Origin: Candidatus Hydrogenedentota bacterium
Lineage (GTDB): Bacteria > Hydrogenedentota > Hydrogenedentia > Hydrogenedentales > JAEUWI01
Assembly (NCBI GenBank): GCA_034669905.1
Contig: JAXMOL010000054.1
Coordinates: 1 to 49,650 of the forward strand
Direction: 5' to 3'
DNA length: 49,650 bases
Shown here: positions 47,377 to 49,650 of the stretch, one piece after another
Position numbering within the stretch: position 1 is the first letter of the stretch
Layout: every line of letters starts with the position of its first letter
The notes under the pieces: model-generated
The model's database searches: none
Told to the model about the DNA's origin: nothing
What the model saw: the letters and a program-made list of their open reading frames with translations, nothing else
Translations under genes and position numbers: made by a program

Positions 47377-49008
47377 TCAGGCGAGTTCAATCAAGGAGGG
47401 GTCATACTCTTCGGGCTGTTCGTAGCCGAAGAGGTTGATGAGGGTGGCGGCCACGTTGCTCAGGCCGGGGGTGTCGATGTCCCGCAGCTTGAAGGTGTTG
47501 GCGCCGCTGTAGTCCTTGATGATGAAGGGGACCGGGTTCAGCGTGTGGGCCACGTGGGGCTCGCGGACGCCCTTCTTCTCGGTGAAGAGGCAATCGGCGT
47601 TGCCGTGGTCGGCGGTGATGACGGCGATGCCACCGGCTTTCTTGACGGCGTAGAGCAGGCGCTCCAGCCCAAGGTCTACCGCCTCTACCGAAATACGGAC
47701 GGCCAAAGCATGGCCCGTGTGGCCCACCATGTCGCCATTGGGCATGTTGGCACGGATGAACTTGTATTCGCCCGACTCAATGGCGTCGAGGAGGGTATCG
47801 GTGATCTCACCGGCCTTCATCCAGGGGCGCTTGTCGAAGGTCATGTTGTCGGAGGGAATCTCGACGAACTTTTCGAGGTCGTCAGCGATGTAGCCCGACT
47901 TGTTGCCATTCCAGAAGTAGGTCACGTGGCCGTATTTCTGGGTCTCGGAAATGGCGAAGCTCTTAAGTCCGGCACCGCAGAGATATTCGCTGATGGTGCC
48001 ATCGATTTTGGAAGGCTGCACGAGGAAATTCTTGGGCAGCTTGAGGTCGCCGTCATACTGCATGATGCCCGCATAATAGACGTCGGGCTGGCGCTTGCGG
48101 TCGAATTCGGTGAACTCATCGCCCTCTTCAAAGCAGCGGGTGATCTCCAGGGCGCGGTCGCCACGGAAATTGAGGAATACCACGGCATCGCCATCTTCGA
48201 TGGTGCCCACGGGCGTGCCGTCTTCCGCAATCACGAACTCGCCCAGGTGCTGGTCGGTGACCTGTTCGTCTTCGTCATAATAGGTCTGGACCGCTTCGGC
48301 GGCCGAGGCAAACTGGCGTCCTTCACCCAACACGTGGGCCTTCCAGCCCCGCTCCACCATGGGCCAATCCGCGTCGTAGCGGTCCATGGTGATATACATG
48401 CGGCCACCGCCCGAAGCGATGCGGTAGTCCCGGCCGTCGGCGCTGCATTCGCTCAGTTTGGCTTCGAGCTGTTCGATATAACCCAGGGCGGACTTTTCGC
48501 CCACGTCGCGGCCGTCGGTGAGGATGTGGCAGCGGACCCGGGGCAGTGCTTCCTTGGCGCATTGGTCGAGGATATCGAGGAGCTGTTGGATGTTGCTGTG
48601 GACGTTGCCGTCGGAGAGGAGGCCGATGAAGTGGGCCGTACCGCCGTTCTTCGCCTTTTCTACGATAGCCTTCCAGGTGTCGCCTTCAAAAACCCGTTTG
48701 TCGGCGATGGCTTCGTTGCAGAGCTTGGCCCCCTGGGGGAATACCCGCCCGGCGCCCAGGGCGTTGTGGCCCACTTCGGAGTTGCCCATGTCGTCATCGG
48801 TGGGCTGCCCGACGGCGAGGCCGTGGGCCTTGAGTTTGGTGAAGAGGGGCTCTTCCGCCATGAGCTTGTCGAGGGTGGGGGTGTAGGCCAGGTGCACGCC
48901 ATCGGACTCATCCTGGGGCCCGAGGCCCACGCCGTCCATGATGATAAAGAGGAGGGGGCCCTCAAAGGGTTTATAGTTGGCGAGGGGCTTTAAGCTGTAC
49001 TTGCTCAT
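47377..49008 (-). CDS. gpmI: 2,3-bisphosphoglycerate-independent phosphoglycerate mutase
   Basis: IMDGVG, MGNSEVGH (catalytic Ser), SDGNVHS, DGRD, NFRGDRA, ETQKYGHVTYF, NGDMVGHTG, TADHGNA, AHTLNPVP. Confidence 0.97.
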   Translation of the reverse strand: MSKYSLKPLANYKPFEGPLLFIIMDGVGLGPQDESDGVHLAYTPTLDKLMAEEPLFTKLKAHGLAVGQPTDDDMGNSEVGHNALGAGRVFPQGAKLCNEAIADKRVFEGDTWKAIVEKAKNGGTAHFIGLLSDGNVHSNIQQLLDILDQCAKEALPRVRCHILTDGRDVGEKSALGYIEQLEAKLSECSADGRDYRIASGGGRMYITMDRYDADWPMVERGWKAHVLGEGRQFASAAEAVQTYYDEDEQVTDQHLGEFVIAEDGTPVGTIEDGDAVVFLNFRGDRALEITRCFEEGDEFTEFDRKRQPDVYYAGIMQYDGDLKLPKNFLVQPSKIDGTISEYLCGAGLKSFAISETQKYGHVTYFWNGNKSGYIADDLEKFVEIPSDNMTFDKRPWMKAGEITDTLLDAIESGEYKFIRANMPNGDMVGHTGHALAVRISVEAVDLGLERLLYAVKKAGGIAVITADHGNADCLFTEKKGVREPHVAHTLNPVPFIIKDYSGANTFKLRDIDTPGLSNVAATLINLFGYEQPEEYDPSLIELA

Positions 49009-49290
49009 GGGGTTACCTTATATCGTGGTGGGGCGCCAAGGCATAACTCGGCCCCGGGACATGGAGGTTTCAATCGGACGGAGGGTCCGCACACATCCGG
49101 AAGAGGAGGCGGACCTTCGGGTGGGCAGCCGGGTGCGCTGCCATGGCTATAGTGTAGCGAAGGGTCCGGGATGGATGCAAAAGGGGGGTGGGGGAAGGAC
49201 CTGAAGGACGGAAAGGACAAGAAGGACGTCTTGACGTATTTTTCAGAGTCCGGGGTAGCGAGCGAAAGGCGGCGGAGTTTTTCGGAGAAG

Positions 49291-49433
49291 ACTCTCTGGA
49301 GTGTGACAGCTTGCTGTCACCTTGATGAGGGAGCTTGCTCCCGGCGCTTTGGGCGGTATTTCCCGTGGTGCGGGTGGCGATGCAAGCAAGCTTGCTTGTT
49401 GAAAGCGTAAGCAAGCTTACGCACTCCACAGGG
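49291..49433. repeat. REP doublet family D
   Basis: Homologous to 37730-37872. Confidence 0.88.
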
Positions 49434-49516
49434 CGGTTCTTGGGTAGCGTCGCAGGGGCTTGCTACGCGGAGCGTAGGTCTATGCATTCCTAAGGGCCCT
49501 GAATATCACCGAGATA

Positions 49517-49650
49517 GTCCCGAAGGGACGGCATATCGTAGCCCAGTGGTGAACGAAGTGAACCCTGGGATCACAATGACAACACGTGTTGAACCCCGCA
49601 GGGGTGGCATAGGTAGAGCGGCGATACCTCCTGTGTCACCCCCTTCGGGG
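49517..49650. repeat. REP cluster family L (runs off the window end)
   Basis: GTCCCGAAGGGAC, ACCCCGCAGGGGT and CCCCTTCGGGG mini-hairpins. Confidence 0.65.

Overview
GC-rich bacterial chromosomal window. The Tat-exported Gfo/Idh/MocA oxidoreductases, sulfatase and FG-GAP protein resemble PVC- or Hydrogenedentota-type genomes, but taxonomy cannot be fixed from this sequence. The right half is mostly housekeeping: xylB, asd, trxA, tRNA-Ser(GGA), a GT9/phosphodiesterase/GT4 cluster, a Ser/Thr kinase, rlmB, miaA, ppk1 and gpmI. The left half is accessory and dense with palindromic repeats. Main observations: (1) A REP-associated tyrosine transposase (RAYT) sits inside the loop of its cognate hairpin within modular REP arrays, and a duplicated PL2-like lyase gene with its promoter sits inside the loop of the other hairpin type, suggesting gene capture by REP hairpins. 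(2) A self-contained module comprises a divergent sigma54 activator with an unrecognised N-terminal domain, a canonical -24/-12 promoter, a VIT-vWA protein with a GlyGly-CTERM tail, and a rhombosortase. (3) A cassette-like array (HEAT/beta-barrel protein, toxin-antitoxin pair, LRR lipoprotein) has unrelated genes sharing a repeat-linked promoter/leader, plus a microhomology-bounded tandem duplication. (4) A back-to-back promoter pair drives two candidate structured RNAs. (5) About a dozen distinct REP-like families occur in 50 kb.
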